Origin: a bacterium
Lineage (GTDB): Bacteria; SAR324; NAC60-12
Reading direction: 5' to 3'
Length of the DNA: 64,000 nucleotides
Assembly: GCA_965205865.1 (NCBI GenBank)
Contig: CBDBHR010000029.1
Span: 64,001 to 128,000 of the forward strand
Positions 1 to 11,031 of the stretch are shown in pieces. The notes under the pieces are model-generated. The model saw only the letters and a program-made list of their open reading frames with translations, did not search any database and was not told the origin of the DNA. Each line of letters begins with the position of its first letter. Positions within the stretch are counted from its first letter, which is position 1. The position numbers and the translations under genes were made by a program.

Positions 1-3000
1 CGCGTTTGAGATAGTCACCAACATCGTGGTAGAGGATACGATGATTTACGCGATTGACATGCGGATTACGGACGAGAAGGGTGATGGCGACTGGTGCTCG
101 TGAGCCCTGGCCAAATGCATTATCACCTTCTGAACGTCTGAGTTCACCTGACGTTCTAGCATTCCCCCGCAGGTGCAGCACATAAATGGAGCTGAACTCT
201 TCTGCCAGGCAGGCCCGGACACCGGAATCCGCATTGCCATCGACCCAGGAACCGTTGGTCACAAAGGCGATAACGCCATGTTTACCAATCCGGTCCGAGG
301 CCCAGCGGATGGCCATCTTGTAGGTGTCGTAGAGGCTGTGTTTCAATGATACTGTAGAACGAGCGACATACGTTTCACTGACGCGACTTTTCAACTCAGG
401 ATAGTTAATATTAGGATTATTATCTGCTGCGCTTCGTTGTTGTTTTGACCATGGTGGATTGCCCACGATAACCTCGATCGGTTGATCCTGTTGTCGTTCC
501 GCACGTTCGCTGTTGTCCGGTAGCCAGGATCTGGGGAACCCCTTGCGTTCCGTATGCAGATTGAAGGTGTCCGTTAAAACGATGCCATCGAAGGGTTCAT
601 AGGAGCTTGCCGTACCGCGCCGTCCGAGATACGCCTCCTCGATGTGAATGGCCGCAATGTAATAAGCGAGCAGGACGATCTCTTTGGCATGAAGCTCGCG
701 ATGGTACTTCCTGGAGAGATCGGTCGGCTTGATCAGCGCGGACTGGAGCAAGCGCACCAGAAAGATTCCCGTGCCGGTGAAGGGGTCGAGGACGTGAACG
801 CCTTCATCGCTCAGACTGCGGCCGAATTCCTTACGCAACACATGATCCGCGCTGTTGAGAATGAAGTCCACGATTTCCTCGGGGGTGTAAACGATGCCGA
901 GGCGGTCGGAATCCTTTTTCAGGGCAGTGGCGAAGAATTTCTGGTAGAGTTCCATCAACACGCGCTGGCGGGCATCGCTGTTGTCGAGTCCACGAGCACG
1001 CAGACGGACGCTTTCGTAGAAGCGCTCGAGATCCCGCGTTTCGTTTTCAAGACCGAACTCTCCGAAATCCCGCTGCAGCGCCTCCAAGGCCTTGGCTACC
1101 GGATTGCTGGCAGCGAAATCATAATGCTCGAAAAGGGCTTCGAAGACCGGTCGCGTGAGGAGATGCTGGGCCATCATGTCGATGGCATTCTCTTTGCGGA
1201 TCGACTCGTTGATCGAGACCTTGAGTTCCTCGTGGAAGGCGTCGAACCATTTACTGAGAGTTGCGTTTTGGGGATTGGCCAGCAAGCTCTCGATGCGATG
1301 CACCAGTTTCCGGAAAATTTCCCCCACGTCCCTGGCCCAACTCTCCCAGTATTTACGATCTCCGCATTTTTCCACGACTTTGGCATAAATCGCGCCGGGT
1401 GGCAGATCCAGCGGGGGAATTGGAAATTCAAGGTTTCTCGCAGTGGCGCCATCATTGCCACTGAAGATAATGCGACTGGTCGGATTGTCGTTGAGATCGA
1501 TATGATTGATTTCGGCATTGAAGCGGTCATCGTGTGAACGCAAAGCGCACAGAACGCTCCAGACGACGGCAAAGCGTTCGTTGTCATTAAAGACTACCTC
1601 CGGATCAATGCCGGCGGGTACCGCGATGGGCAGTATGATGTAACCGTATTTTTTGCCCTCGGATTTGCGCATGACGCGACCGACGGCCTGAACGATGTCG
1701 ACGTGCGAGTTCCTGGGATTCATGAAAAGCACCGCATCCAGAGCGGGTACGTCGATCCCCTCGGAAAGGCAGCGCGCGTTGGAGAGAATACGGCAGTATT
1801 CCCCGGAACCCTCCTTCAACCATTCGATACGGGATTTACGATCGAGGGCGTGATGCTGACCGTCCACGTGTTGCGTCTCGCAGTGAAATGCGGCGGAGTT
1901 TTTTGAGTCGGGTAAGGACTCGATGGCATGTTCGATGATGCGGTTCCAATGGCTCTGCAACCTTTTCGAGGAGGCGATCGTGTTGGTGAATGCGATGGCG
2001 CGAGTGAGGGGATTGAGCGGTCCTTCTCGAGTATTTTTGTTCTCCGGATTCTGCAGGGCATTCCAGCATCCAATGATTTTAGCGGCATCGGTGATGTTGA
2101 TTTCGCTGTCTCCTTCTGCCAGGTGCGCTTGCAGAGCCGCGTCGACGAACTGTTCGGACATGGCGAAAACCACTACTTTGTAATCGGACAACAGCTCCTG
2201 TTCGACCGCGCGGGAGAAGGGAAGCCGGTGGAACTCCGGTCCATAGGTCTCAGGATCATCCATAGAGAACACTTCGACGTCGTGATGCGCCGCCTTTGCT
2301 TTGGCGCCTGCCGTGTAGAGACGAGGCGTTGCCGTCATGTAGAGTCTTTTTCTGGCCCGGATCCTCTGTTCATCGTGAACGAGTACGAAGGGTGAGGTTT
2401 TGTCAGCGGGACGATCGACACCGGTCGTCCTGTGGGCTTCGTCGCAGAGCACGATATCAAAAGCAGGCGCTCCTCCATCCTGCGCACGTTCCACAAGGCC
2501 AAGCGACTGGTAAGTACAAAAGACCACCGTCATCAGGTCCTTATGCGCATCCTCGAGCGCATTGGAAATCAGCACCGTGTCCGTGGTGACCGGAATTTCA
2601 AGCTCCTGCATCGATGCGTCTTCATCCTCTTTACCGGCACGCGTATCGGAGCAGATACCGACGTAGCGTTGTGGAACAGCCTTTTGCGTTGCCCATTCCC
2701 GCATCGACTGGGAAAAGAGGGAAATCGAAGGCACCAGATAAAGCACCCGGCCACCGATGCCTGCGGCGTCTTCCGCAATGCGCAGCGCGGTAAAGGTCTT
2801 TCCCGTACCGCAAGCCATGATCAATTTGCCCCGGTCATATTGTTCAAATTGCCTTTTGACGTCGTGCAATGCAGCCTGCTGGTGGGGACGCAGTATGAAC
2901 GGTTCGTGTCGATAGGAAAGCTCTTCCGGATCGGCATGAGCCAGATCAGGCCAGTCGAAAGACCGGCTTGCGAGATCACTGTAGTGGATCACGGCGCATG

Positions 3001-3409
3001 CAGGTTTCAGGGGTGCGATCGTTTTTTTCGCGTTTGGCCCCCATTCGGCACCGGTATCGACGACGATACGGGACGTGAACGGGTCACGTGCCGATGCAGA
3101 GACAAAGGAGTCGAGAGCGGGTTTCGATATCCTGGTGTCAGGCGCATAGCACTTGCACTGAATGGCGCAGTAGCCCCCTCCCCGTTCCTCCGCGACCAGA
3201 TCGATGCCCGTATCATTGCCATCGAATTCAGCCTGCTCTTCCTCCCATTCGGAGTAAAGCCGGACCTGGGAAAATCGTTCCTTGTATACCGGGTCCTCCG
3301 TCAGGTACTTCTTCATCAACCGCTCGAACTTACGCCCTTTCGCCGCTTCGGTGCCTGCAATGGACCTGATGTGATCCAACGCATTCTGAAATCCGTTGTT
3401 TTCGTTCAT
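1..3409 (-). CDS. Type ISP restriction-modification enzyme, copy 1 (partial, runs off left edge)
   Basis: ATG at 3409 (MNENNGFQ..FERLM..DTGIDLV..IQCK, Mrr-like nuclease), SF2 helicase motifs, MTase DPFTGTG and NPPW. Frame is consistent through to base 2. Colinear with 23261-26670. Confidence 0.9.
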   Translation of the reverse strand, partial: MNENNGFQNALDHIRSIAGTEAAKGRKFERLMKKYLTEDPVYKERFSQVRLYSEWEEEQAEFDGNDTGIDLVAEERGGGYCAIQCKCYAPDTRISKPALDSFVSASARDPFTSRIVVDTGAEWGPNAKKTIAPLKPACAVIHYSDLASRSFDWPDLAHADPEELSYRHEPFILRPHQQAALHDVKRQFEQYDRGKLIMACGTGKTFTALRIAEDAAGIGGRVLYLVPSISLFSQSMREWATQKAVPQRYVGICSDTRAGKEDEDASMQELEIPVTTDTVLISNALEDAHKDLMTVVFCTYQSLGLVERAQDGGAPAFDIVLCDEAHRTTGVDRPADKTSPFVLVHDEQRIRARKRLYMTATPRLYTAGAKAKAAHHDVEVFSMDDPETYGPEFHRLPFSRAVEQELLSDYKVVVFAMSEQFVDAALQAHLAEGDSEINITDAAKIIGCWNALQNPENKNTREGPLNPLTRAIAFTNTIASSKRLQSHWNRIIEHAIESLPDSKNSAAFHCETQHVDGQHHALDRKSRIEWLKEGSGEYCRILSNARCLSEGIDVPALDAVLFMNPRNSHVDIVQAVGRVMRKSEGKKYGYIILPIAVPAGIDPEVVFNDNERFAVVWSVLCALRSHDDRFNAEINHIDLNDNPTSRIIFSGNDGATARNLEFPIPPLDLPPGAIYAKVVEKCGDRKYWESWARDVGEIFRKLVHRIESLLANPQNATLSKWFDAFHEELKVSINESIRKENAIDMMAQHLLTRPVFEALFEHYDFAASNPVAKALEALQRDFGEFGLENETRDLERFYESVRLRARGLDNSDARQRVLMELYQKFFATALKKDSDRLGIVYTPEEIVDFILNSADHVLRKEFGRSLSDEGVHVLDPFTGTGIFLVRLLQSALIKPTDLSRKYHRELHAKEIVLLAYYIAAIHIEEAYLGRRGTASSYEPFDGIVLTDTFNLHTERKGFPRSWLPDNSERAERQQDQPIEVIVGNPPWSKQQRSAADNNPNINYPELKSRVSETYVARSTVSLKHSLYDTYKMAIRWASDRIGKHGVIAFVTNGSWVDGNADSGVRACLAEEFSSIYVLHLRGNARTSGELRRSEGDNAFGQGSRAPVAITLLVRNPHVNRVNHRILYHDVGDYLKR

Positions 3410-3485
3410 CTTCAATTAACTTTAATTTTTGACTTGATGTGGTGAGAAATCTCAGAAAATTCGATGCTGGTCCGAATAGATTTTA

Positions 3486-3920
3486 CTAAATGCCATATAA
3501 TTTGCTTTCAAATTCGAGTATTAATTGATCCCTGTATTCAGCATTATCAATTTGTTTAAACAGTTCTAACTCTTCTAATGCCTCACCAAGATTTGACTGA
3601 TCTTAGTTCATTTTTTCATAAACTGCATAACTCGGATTAACTTCGATACCCGAAATTTGACAAAAAGCCAGCAGTGCTACTGCATCTCTATAAATTTCTT
3701 TAGGCTGTTCTTTTTTAACTGAATTAATCAGGAACTGATAGATATTGAGATCTAAAAGCAAATTGTATGTAACACCTTCATCCTCCCCGTTAATTATGTA
3801 ATTAGCAGGGTTATAGATTTCTTCGCGTACTTCTAGATCATAATTATGTATCAACCAATTTCTTTTTTTAAAAGAATCAATTACTTCAAAGATATACGGG
3901 GGTACCATAACGTAATTCAT
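3486..3920 (-). pseudogene. AT-rich hypothetical protein with in-frame TAA at 3603-3605
   Basis: 105-aa ORF; the frame continues past TAA (DQSNLGEALEELELFKQ..) to TAG at 3486. Confidence 0.45.
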
Positions 3921-3938
3921 TGCATAGCTTAGTAGTTA

Positions 3939-4143
3939 GTGCTTGGCAGAAAAATACTCAAATTGTTGATATTAAATGACATTTTTTCAATTTCATAGGA
4001 TGAAGATTTGTTTGATACAGTGTTCAGATGGCCAAAATCAGCAAAAAATGGGATTTTTGATGAGATTCCCCAAAATCTTCGTTTCTTGAAAATAGGTGAA
4101 TACCATTAAATATCATGTAGTTATCTAATTTTCGGCCAAGCAC
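3939..4143. mobile_element. MITE family A (205 bp)
   Basis: 15-bp TIR GTGCTTGGC(A/C)GAAAA; 6-bp direct repeat TAGTTA at 3933-3938 and 4144-4149; no coding capacity. Confidence 0.8.
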
Positions 4144-4181
4144 TAGTTAGAAGTTTAATAAGAATTAGATAGTGTAAATTA

Positions 4182-4435
4182 ACCTGAGTTCGAGATAAGA
4201 ATTTAATAAATTCAATAAGTTATAGAATCTTCATATCTTAGAGAAACCTTGTCATTCCTGCGAGATCCCTGCGTACGCAGGGAAGGAATCCGGTGGTATG
4301 CAGCCAGACTGAAATCCGGATCCCCGCTCCCCGCTCCCCGCTTTCGCGGAGACAAGTTTCGCGGAGACAAGTTTCGCGAGGATGACATATACACTAGGAT
4401 ACTCATATTATTGAAGATTTATGTCGAACTCAGGT
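4182..4435. mobile_element. MITE family B copy 1, with internal REP-like palindromes
   Basis: 17-bp TIR ACCTGAGTTCGA(G/C)ATAA; 7-bp direct repeat TAAATTA; homologous to 36984-37177 and 55721-55805. Confidence 0.85.
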
Positions 4436-4473
4436 TAAATTAAATTGTGTGATATTGAGAAGGGCTTGAATCC

Positions 4474-4526
4474 AAGGGACTTTCCCGGTAGGTTTGATGT
4501 TGTCAAACCTACCTGGAAAGTCCCTT
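4474..4526. terminator. Long hairpin (about 24-bp stem), possible terminator downstream of 4571-5242
   Basis: AAGGGACTTTCCCGGTAGGTTTGA-tgttg-TCAAACCTACCTGGAAAGTCCCTT. Confidence 0.55.
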
Positions 4527-4570
4527 AAAAATTGAATTGACTGTAACGGGATCTAAGAAAATGCTCAATA

Positions 4571-5242
4571 CTATTCAAAGTCCGGCACATCCGGAAATTT
4601 CACTATCTCGCCTTCTGTTTCAACGATGGCATTCCGGATTTTCTCGGAAAAAGATGAGTCTCGTATGCATTTCAGGTACTTGACCAGTGGAAACATTTCA
4701 GGCGTGTGAACCAGTGCCGTTCCAGTTCGTTTTGCAGCTTGACGGACCTTATCCGTGAAAGGTGGATGTTTTCGATTGTCCGGCTCGATTAGTCTGAAGG
4801 GATTACCAAACAAAACTCCCTTGGCTGGCTCTGTTATTTCAGGTCTGGCAAAATCTTCACTGATATGCCGCTCCAACTGCTGGAACTTATGGATGTCAAT
4901 GGGCTTATTATCCTTGCCTTCGACTTCACCAAGACAACGATTCTGTGCTGATTCAAAGACAATGTCGAAGTCTGAATCTTTATCACTGTACCGGTCTGCA
5001 CTGAAGCCGAAGGTTTCCATGGCGTCAATGACAGCCGATTCCAAAATTATTCCGGCTTTTCGTGTGTAGGTCATGTTCATGCCGAGGGTGAAATCCCAGG
5101 CACCAAAGGAAAGGCGGCGGATTCGGGTTCCCGCATTGCAAATTTCTCTTAGTGCTGCAATACCTTTGCTGGTTTCAATCACAGGGATGATATCGATCTT
5201 TCTTTCTTCCAACCCCCGTTCCCCTTCCAACTGCCGGATCAC
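4571..5242 (-). pseudogene. Chimera: HpcH/CitE-like aldolase fragment fused to the C-terminal PD-(D/E)XK-like domain of the 26816-28228 paralogue
   Basis: N-terminal IIPVIETSKG..LSFGAWDF (CitE/HpcH-like); from LESAVIDAMETFGF onward highly similar to 26816-27811. Confidence 0.6.
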
Positions 5243-5408
5243 CTGACCTTGAGCATGTTTTGCGCAAGAGATCTTCAGTCAATGATTTTGATTTGTTAAG
5301 CAATAGTTGTCCTTTTTTGTATCGTTTTTGCAATTTTTTGTAAAAAGTTATCTTTTTTTGTAAAATTCTCTTCTATTCCAAGTGACACCCCTTTTGTTAA
5401 ACTCTCTT

Positions 5409-6425
5409 CTATTCCAAGTGACGCCCCATTACAGGCAGGAAATGACGCACATGATTTGCGGGAATTTGTTGACCTGCCGGGATCAGGTTTTCTACAAAAC
5501 GCTCGTCTTCTTCTGTGAATGGATGCTCAAAAGCTTTGAGGTAACCAAACAATTGCTCTACATTGCGAGGCCCGGCGACGACACTTTTCACAATCCGGTT
5601 CTGAAGAACCCAAAGCACGGCAAATTGGACAGGTCCCATCTTTTGGTTTTCTGCATGTTGCTTTATTTTTTGAGCAAGCTCCAAACTCTCTGGATGGTAT
5701 TCCGCTTTCATGGTGAATGAGGTTTCCAATGATTTACGACTCTCCTTTGGGGGAGGGGTTCCTGGTTGGTATTTCCCAGTAAGAACGCCACGTGCTAAGG
5801 GAGAATAACCTATAACCGAGATACCGAAATGCTCACAGGCTGGCAGGTATTCTCTCTCTGCAAAACGCTTGAATACATTATAATGTGTTTGAGCGATCAC
5901 AGGGCGAGGGATTCTTTCAAGGTCACAGATTCGGATGATTTCTGCTATTTGCCAGGCATAATAATTCGAAAAACCCCAACACCGTGCTCTGCCGGATTCG
6001 ACAACCTCTCCCATTGTGCGAACCGTTTCGGCAATTGGAGTTTGAGGATCGTTGCAGTGCAAATAATAAATATCGACAAACTCTGTGCCGAGCCGTTTTA
6101 AGCTGGATTCAAATTTTTTTAGAATTCGATCTCGATTCAATCGAGGTCCTTGACCATCGGATGGAAGCGGGTAGCCAGTTTTTGTGGCAAGGATCCATCG
6201 TTTTCGGTCATCGCGAATCAATTCACCTAAGAGACGCTCCGATTTACCGTTTTGATAAGCATCTGCGGTGTCTAGAAAATTGATTCCTTGCTGACGTAGG
6301 GTTTCGATCATTTGTTCAGCTTCTTGTTGCTCCACCAACCCCCCAAGCATATCGGTACCCCAACAAAGGGCGGAAACTTCAATCCCCGTATTTCCAATGG
6401 TTTTATACTGCATCCTCATCACCAA
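5409..6425 (-). CDS. Aldo/keto reductase
   Basis: GINFLDTADAY, ATK, DIYYLH and YSPLARG motifs. Confidence 0.92.
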   Translation of the reverse strand: MVMRMQYKTIGNTGIEVSALCWGTDMLGGLVEQQEAEQMIETLRQQGINFLDTADAYQNGKSERLLGELIRDDRKRWILATKTGYPLPSDGQGPRLNRDRILKKFESSLKRLGTEFVDIYYLHCNDPQTPIAETVRTMGEVVESGRARCWGFSNYYAWQIAEIIRICDLERIPRPVIAQTHYNVFKRFAEREYLPACEHFGISVIGYSPLARGVLTGKYQPGTPPPKESRKSLETSFTMKAEYHPESLELAQKIKQHAENQKMGPVQFAVLWVLQNRIVKSVVAGPRNVEQLFGYLKAFEHPFTEEDERFVENLIPAGQQIPANHVRHFLPVMGRHLE

Positions 6426-7420
6426 ACTTTTTGTATTTTGATAGGTCGATTTTCAGCAATCGATTGAATGGCAGCCTCAGCCACTGCCTGTGCCTTCAGA
6501 CCGTCTCTTAGCGTAGCATGGACTGGGGTTGATTCTGTTAAAGAAGCCACCAGCATGTCTAATTCCGTAGAATATGTTTGCTTGAATTGCTCATACCAAG
6601 AATGGTGAATACCTTCTGTAGAAATAGCGCCTTCAGTATAAAGCAATGTGGTTCCTGTCGGTTGTCTTCCGGCTTGTAGCATCCCTTCAGAGCCGACAAC
6701 TTCGATCAGTTCATCTTGCCCAAAAACCGCTCGTCGACTAAAATTAAAGGAAACCAATGCTTCATTTTCCAGCCGCATCACCAAGGAAGCGGAATCCACT
6801 TTTCCGTAGTCAGCAAACCGTTTATCAATCAAACAGGCTCCTGCAGCATAGATTTCTTTCGGATCCGATGCGGAGATCCAAGAAGCAAGGTCGAAAAAAT
6901 GGGTTCCTTTTGTACGCATCATCCCTCCGGAAGCAGGCAGAGCCTCATGAGGGGGGGCTTGATGACTGCGTGATACAATATGGATCATCTCCACTTTGCC
7001 AAGCTGGCCTGCTCTCACCCGATCAAAGACAGACCGATAATCGTAGTCCAAACGACGATTGAAACCCATTGCGGTTACAATACCGGAATCTTCCACGGCT
7101 CGAATACAGTTGAGAGCCCCTTGCAGACTAATCGCGATGGGTTTCTCACAAAGAAACGCTTTACCGGCTTTTGCGCAGGCGAGAACCTGCTCTTCATGGG
7201 CCGAAGTCGTTGAGGCAATGATTACAACGTCTACTCGGTCGTCCTCCAAGGCTGAACCCACCGTCGTGCTGGGAGAACCACCAAACTGTTCAGTGAGTTT
7301 CTGGGTCCGGTCAACCATCGGATCGACCACGTGAATTAACTGGTAGTGCGGATGCAACCAAACGTTACGGGCATGAATCGTTCCAATCGCACCGGCTCCA
7401 AACAACGCAAATCCAACCAT
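6419..7420 (-). CDS. Gfo/Idh/MocA oxidoreductase (inositol 2-dehydrogenase-like)
   Basis: GAGAIG, CEKP and GFNRR motifs. Confidence 0.88.
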   Translation of the reverse strand: MVGFALFGAGAIGTIHARNVWLHPHYQLIHVVDPMVDRTQKLTEQFGGSPSTTVGSALEDDRVDVVIIASTTSAHEEQVLACAKAGKAFLCEKPIAISLQGALNCIRAVEDSGIVTAMGFNRRLDYDYRSVFDRVRAGQLGKVEMIHIVSRSHQAPPHEALPASGGMMRTKGTHFFDLASWISASDPKEIYAAGACLIDKRFADYGKVDSASLVMRLENEALVSFNFSRRAVFGQDELIEVVGSEGMLQAGRQPTGTTLLYTEGAISTEGIHHSWYEQFKQTYSTELDMLVASLTESTPVHATLRDGLKAQAVAEAAIQSIAENRPIKIQKVW

Positions 7421-7544
7421 GAGTATCTCCTGCTTTTCATTAATTTCACTATTCTCAATTTTCTGCGATCAGAAAATTATTTTCGTCGTTTCCCTGCCAC
7501 TGGTCAAAGGTTTCGGGTTGAGTCACTTCATACCATTGTGAAAC

Positions 7545-7911
7545 AGGGTCAGGCTTGCAAGTTTGTAAAAATGGGTATTCTTTAAATTTTAACCTTTTTC
7601 AATTTGCCAAGATGTCTCGGAAAACGCTTTTGTACGACCCTGGTACGCTTTATCATGTGATACTTCGAGGCAATGGGGGCCAACGTATTATTTTCGATGA
7701 CTGCGACTCTCGACGCTTTTATCAGTCTTCGATTGGAAATCTGCAACAATCCGGGAAGTGGCAAATGCTCTCAATCGAGATGATTCTACTATCAGTCGTG
7801 GAGTGCATAAGTTGAGAGAAAGATTGAAGGAATCCACAAATCTCCAAGAGCGGTTAAAAAACTCAACCTGAAAATGTTTTCTTAAATTCGCAAACTTGCA
7901 AGCCTGACCCC
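7545..7911 (+). mobile_element. RAYT-derived non-autonomous element, copy 1
   Basis: 21-bp TIR (G)GGGTCAGGCTTGCAAGTTTG. Encodes a Y1 transposase N-terminus (MSRKT..PGTLYHVILRGNGGQRIIFDD) joined to a C-terminal HTH remnant (ATIREVANALNRDDSTISRG); the catalytic core is deleted. Confidence 0.85.
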
Positions 7912-7915
7912 CTCA

Positions 7916-8007
7916 AATGTCCACTTCAAGACTAAGAACCGCCCTGTGCGGACCAGCATGCAGGGTGGTGTGGTGGGGTAGCGGAGAAAAACCGCTACTT
8001 ACCCGAT
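7916..8007 (+). ncRNA. Group II intron 3' fragment (domains V-VI)
   Basis: GAACCGCCCTGTGCGGACCAGCATGCAGGGTGGT (DV, CGC triad), then GGGTAGCGG-AGAAAAA-CCGCTACTTACCCGAT (DVI, ends AT). Confidence 0.8.
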
Positions 8008-8308
8008 TATTTTTCTTCATCCTCTGGGGTGAAAATAATTTACATAAATGATACGAGGGGCTTGTACATAGGATTGAGGCGTGCTCTCCACATGATACTT
8101 TAGGTGACTGGGGAGGGCTTGGAGATTTTGTAAAAGGAGCAATGGCTCGCAAATCAGTATGAAGATGGGTCGCACTGTTTTATACAGTAGGCAATGTGTT
8201 ACCTTGGAAAGTCGGGTGAGACGCAATCCCCAGTTGGGTGAAGAACTCTTGGACTTGAGACGATATGTTATTACCAATATGCAAACCTGACCCAAACTTA
8301 ATTTGATG

Positions 8309-9088
8309 TTACCCATGGACGTGCTGATACATCTTTCGTATAACTTTGAGGATTTTTGGTGCGTTGGCAAGGTATCGATTTTTTGTCTGTTCTTTGATAT
8401 CTCGAGGAATACCATGTAGCGCCTCGGCAATGGGACCAGCAATGGCTGCGAGGGTATCAGAATCGCCCCCCAGAGAGACAGCATTACGCACCGCATCTTT
8501 AAAACTATCTGATTCCAGCGCGCATGTAATCGCCTGCGGCACGGTGTCCTGGCAAGTCTCGTAAAATTTGTAACCGGGCCGAATTTCGTCTACAGTCCGG
8601 GTCAAGTCATAGCCGTATTCGGTGGTGATAAACTCTCGGATAAACGTTACATTCTTGCCTTGATATGCGAGCCAGATGGCGTGCGTTGTTGCTCTCGCTC
8701 CTTTAATACCCTCGGGGTGATTGTGGGTGACGGAGGTTACTTTGTCGGAAGCAATGAGTGCCGTATCCAAGTCGCCACGGTGTAAGAATGCTGCTGGTGA
8801 GACGCGCATCGCCGCACCATTTCCATAACTTCCGTAAGGTTCAGGCTGATTCAAATCAATCCAGTCTCTGAACATACCGCCGTAGCCACGCCCCGGAAAA
8901 CGGCGACACCACCTCTGCAGCGTTTCCGCAGGCGGGACTTCGCGCATCAGAATATCAGCAACAGCTGCAGTACAAACCGAATCGTCCGTGAAATCACAGC
9001 CATTGCCGAAGAAAGCAAAATCCTTGGTTTTTATTGGGTTCCACTCATAGATAGAACCGACGATGTCCCCGATAACTGCGCCTATCAT
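8309..9088 (-). CDS. ADP-ribosylglycohydrolase (DraG family)
   Basis: MIGAVIGDIVGS, FTDDS, SYGNGAAMR, TH and GGDSDT motifs. Confidence 0.92.
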   Translation of the reverse strand: MIGAVIGDIVGSIYEWNPIKTKDFAFFGNGCDFTDDSVCTAAVADILMREVPPAETLQRWCRRFPGRGYGGMFRDWIDLNQPEPYGSYGNGAAMRVSPAAFLHRGDLDTALIASDKVTSVTHNHPEGIKGARATTHAIWLAYQGKNVTFIREFITTEYGYDLTRTVDEIRPGYKFYETCQDTVPQAITCALESDSFKDAVRNAVSLGGDSDTLAAIAGPIAEALHGIPRDIKEQTKNRYLANAPKILKVIRKMYQHVHG

Positions 9089-9407
9089 ATACTCTCCATC
9101 TTGCAAATAGTCTTTCAGAATATCGGGCATTGGACAGTAGTGATTTATTGAAAAAAAACTATCCATAGCCCTTTGCAAGAGCATGACACAATTCGACTTT
9201 ACGGACAAGCGTCAATTCCGACAGATAGATTATTTGTTTCTCCTCTTGGGGGTTGTGGTATGGAAGAAGTTGAATTAATCCTCATTTTTGAAAAACATCA
9301 AAAAATTGACGTCAGAAAAAAATTTTATTTACGATTTCAAATTTTCTTTTATTGTCGGTTTATATCCTGCCGCATTGAATTTCACAGGTTACGCACGAGC
9401 ATTTCAC

Positions 9408-9725
9408 ATGAAACTCCTTTCCTGGAACGTTAACGTTTATACCTTGTCCCAAAATTTAAACAAAGTTGTTGAAGCTATTGGTTCCGTAAAGCCGGACCTG
9501 GTCACATTGCAGGAGGTCAATTCGGAGCTCGCCGGTGAGATGGCGAAATGCCTCGCTGGTCTCGGACTCAAAGACTCCTTTGACAGTGGCAAAGATGCGC
9601 CTGCCAAGGTTAACTTGGTTTTGTCACTCATACCAACGATGATGAATTTTTTAAATGACTTGGGGCAAAATCAAATAAAACACGAAAATTCCGGAGATTC
9701 TGTTTTTGATCTCCCCTATAATTGA
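9408..9725 (+). pseudogene. Endonuclease/exonuclease/phosphatase family, N-terminal fragment
   Basis: MKLLSWNV..PDLVTLQEV; too short for the full fold. Confidence 0.65.
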
Positions 9726-9738
9726 AAGGAAAGAATGT

Positions 9739-10713
9739 ATGACTACCGAGAAACTGGGAAAATTGGAACAAATTGATCTCCGTAGTGTTTGGGAATATGA
9801 AGAAAACGACTTCACGCCCTGGCTCGTGGAAGAAGAAAACCTGAATGATCTCGGCGAACTCTTGGCAATTCCATTGGAGTTTCCGGAACGTGAGAAAGCC
9901 ATTGGCCCTTACTACGCCGATGTCTTATGCAGAGATACAGATGATGACCGTTATGTCGACATCGAGAACCAGTTGGAAGTATCAGATCACGACCACCTGG
10001 GCAAACTGTTGACTTATGCTGCGCATTTCGACGCTTCGACCGTGATTTGGATCGCCAAGTCTTTCACTGATCAACACCGTGCGGCAGTGGACTGGCTCAA
10101 CGAGCATTCGGATGAAAAGACTCGATACTTTGGATTGGAAATTGAAGTCTGGCAAATCGGGGAGTCTGCTTACGCGCCAAAGTTCAATATCGTGGCCAAA
10201 CCGAATAATTGGACCAAGGGCACCCAGACCATGGGCTTGACCACACTTCGACAAATGCAACTCAAATTCTGGCAGGGCTTCAAGAACTATGTAAAAGATC
10301 ATGGAGAGCTTATAAAGCAAACCGCAGAACCTCAACCTAAGAATTGGATGGGGCTGGGCAAAAAAATCGGGCGTCCCGGTTTTTATCTCGATGCAGTTAC
10401 CTCCGGGCACAATGAACTGAGAGCGCAACTTTCCATGAATAAAAGTAAATTCCCTGCTCATTTCTATGAACAACTAAAATCTCAAAGAGAAGAGATCGAA
10501 TGCGAGATGGGACAGAAACTGACTTGGAACGATGATCCCAGTAGGATAAGTTCTCGTCAAGACGTTCCGGACCTAAATGATGAAAAAGCTCGTCTCAAGC
10601 AATATGCCTGGCTTCTGGAACAACTGGAGAAGCTTTATCGGGTTTTCTCGTGCTCGGGTCGGATTCAGAAACTGAAGGATCCGGAGGAACCACCAAACGA
10701 ACCATTAGAGTAA
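9739..10713 (+). CDS. DUF4268 protein with N-terminal PD-(D/E)XK-like nuclease
   Basis: LRSVWEYEENDFTPWL, ADVL..IENQL..DHDHLGKLLTYAA; RBS GAAAGGA. Confidence 0.82.
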   Translation: MTTEKLGKLEQIDLRSVWEYEENDFTPWLVEEENLNDLGELLAIPLEFPEREKAIGPYYADVLCRDTDDDRYVDIENQLEVSDHDHLGKLLTYAAHFDASTVIWIAKSFTDQHRAAVDWLNEHSDEKTRYFGLEIEVWQIGESAYAPKFNIVAKPNNWTKGTQTMGLTTLRQMQLKFWQGFKNYVKDHGELIKQTAEPQPKNWMGLGKKIGRPGFYLDAVTSGHNELRAQLSMNKSKFPAHFYEQLKSQREEIECEMGQKLTWNDDPSRISSRQDVPDLNDEKARLKQYAWLLEQLEKLYRVFSCSGRIQKLKDPEEPPNEPLE

Positions 10714-11031
10714 TAGCCATTGTCATCAAACGGAGAAAAATCTGATCATTTTGTAAAGGGATCAATACCGGATCTTCTATCAAAAACTGATGATGATCGA
10801 ACTCTCTGAAGACTGTCTACAGAAGGATTACCTTAGCTTTTTGAGTCCCCTTCCTCGTTCAACCACCAGTATACGTGCGTCCCTGCGAACGCGGCGTTCG
10901 ACTGGGTGTAGTACCAGGGTGTTTTACCCGCATTGTACGTTTATCACCCTGATTTACCGGTCCTGCTGCGGGGCTTCCACGCGGACGGTGACGATATCCG
11001 TGCCATGGTATTGCTAAAGAGGGGTCAGGCT

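Noticed and set aside
644-3445. Long plus-strand ORFs (644-1537, 2432-3445, and twins at 24054-26261)
   Set aside because: They are antisense shadows of the Type ISP genes, and their lengths are not conserved between the copies.
4250-4390. CRISPR array
   Set aside because: The repeats are REP-like with no regular unique spacers, and no cas genes are present.
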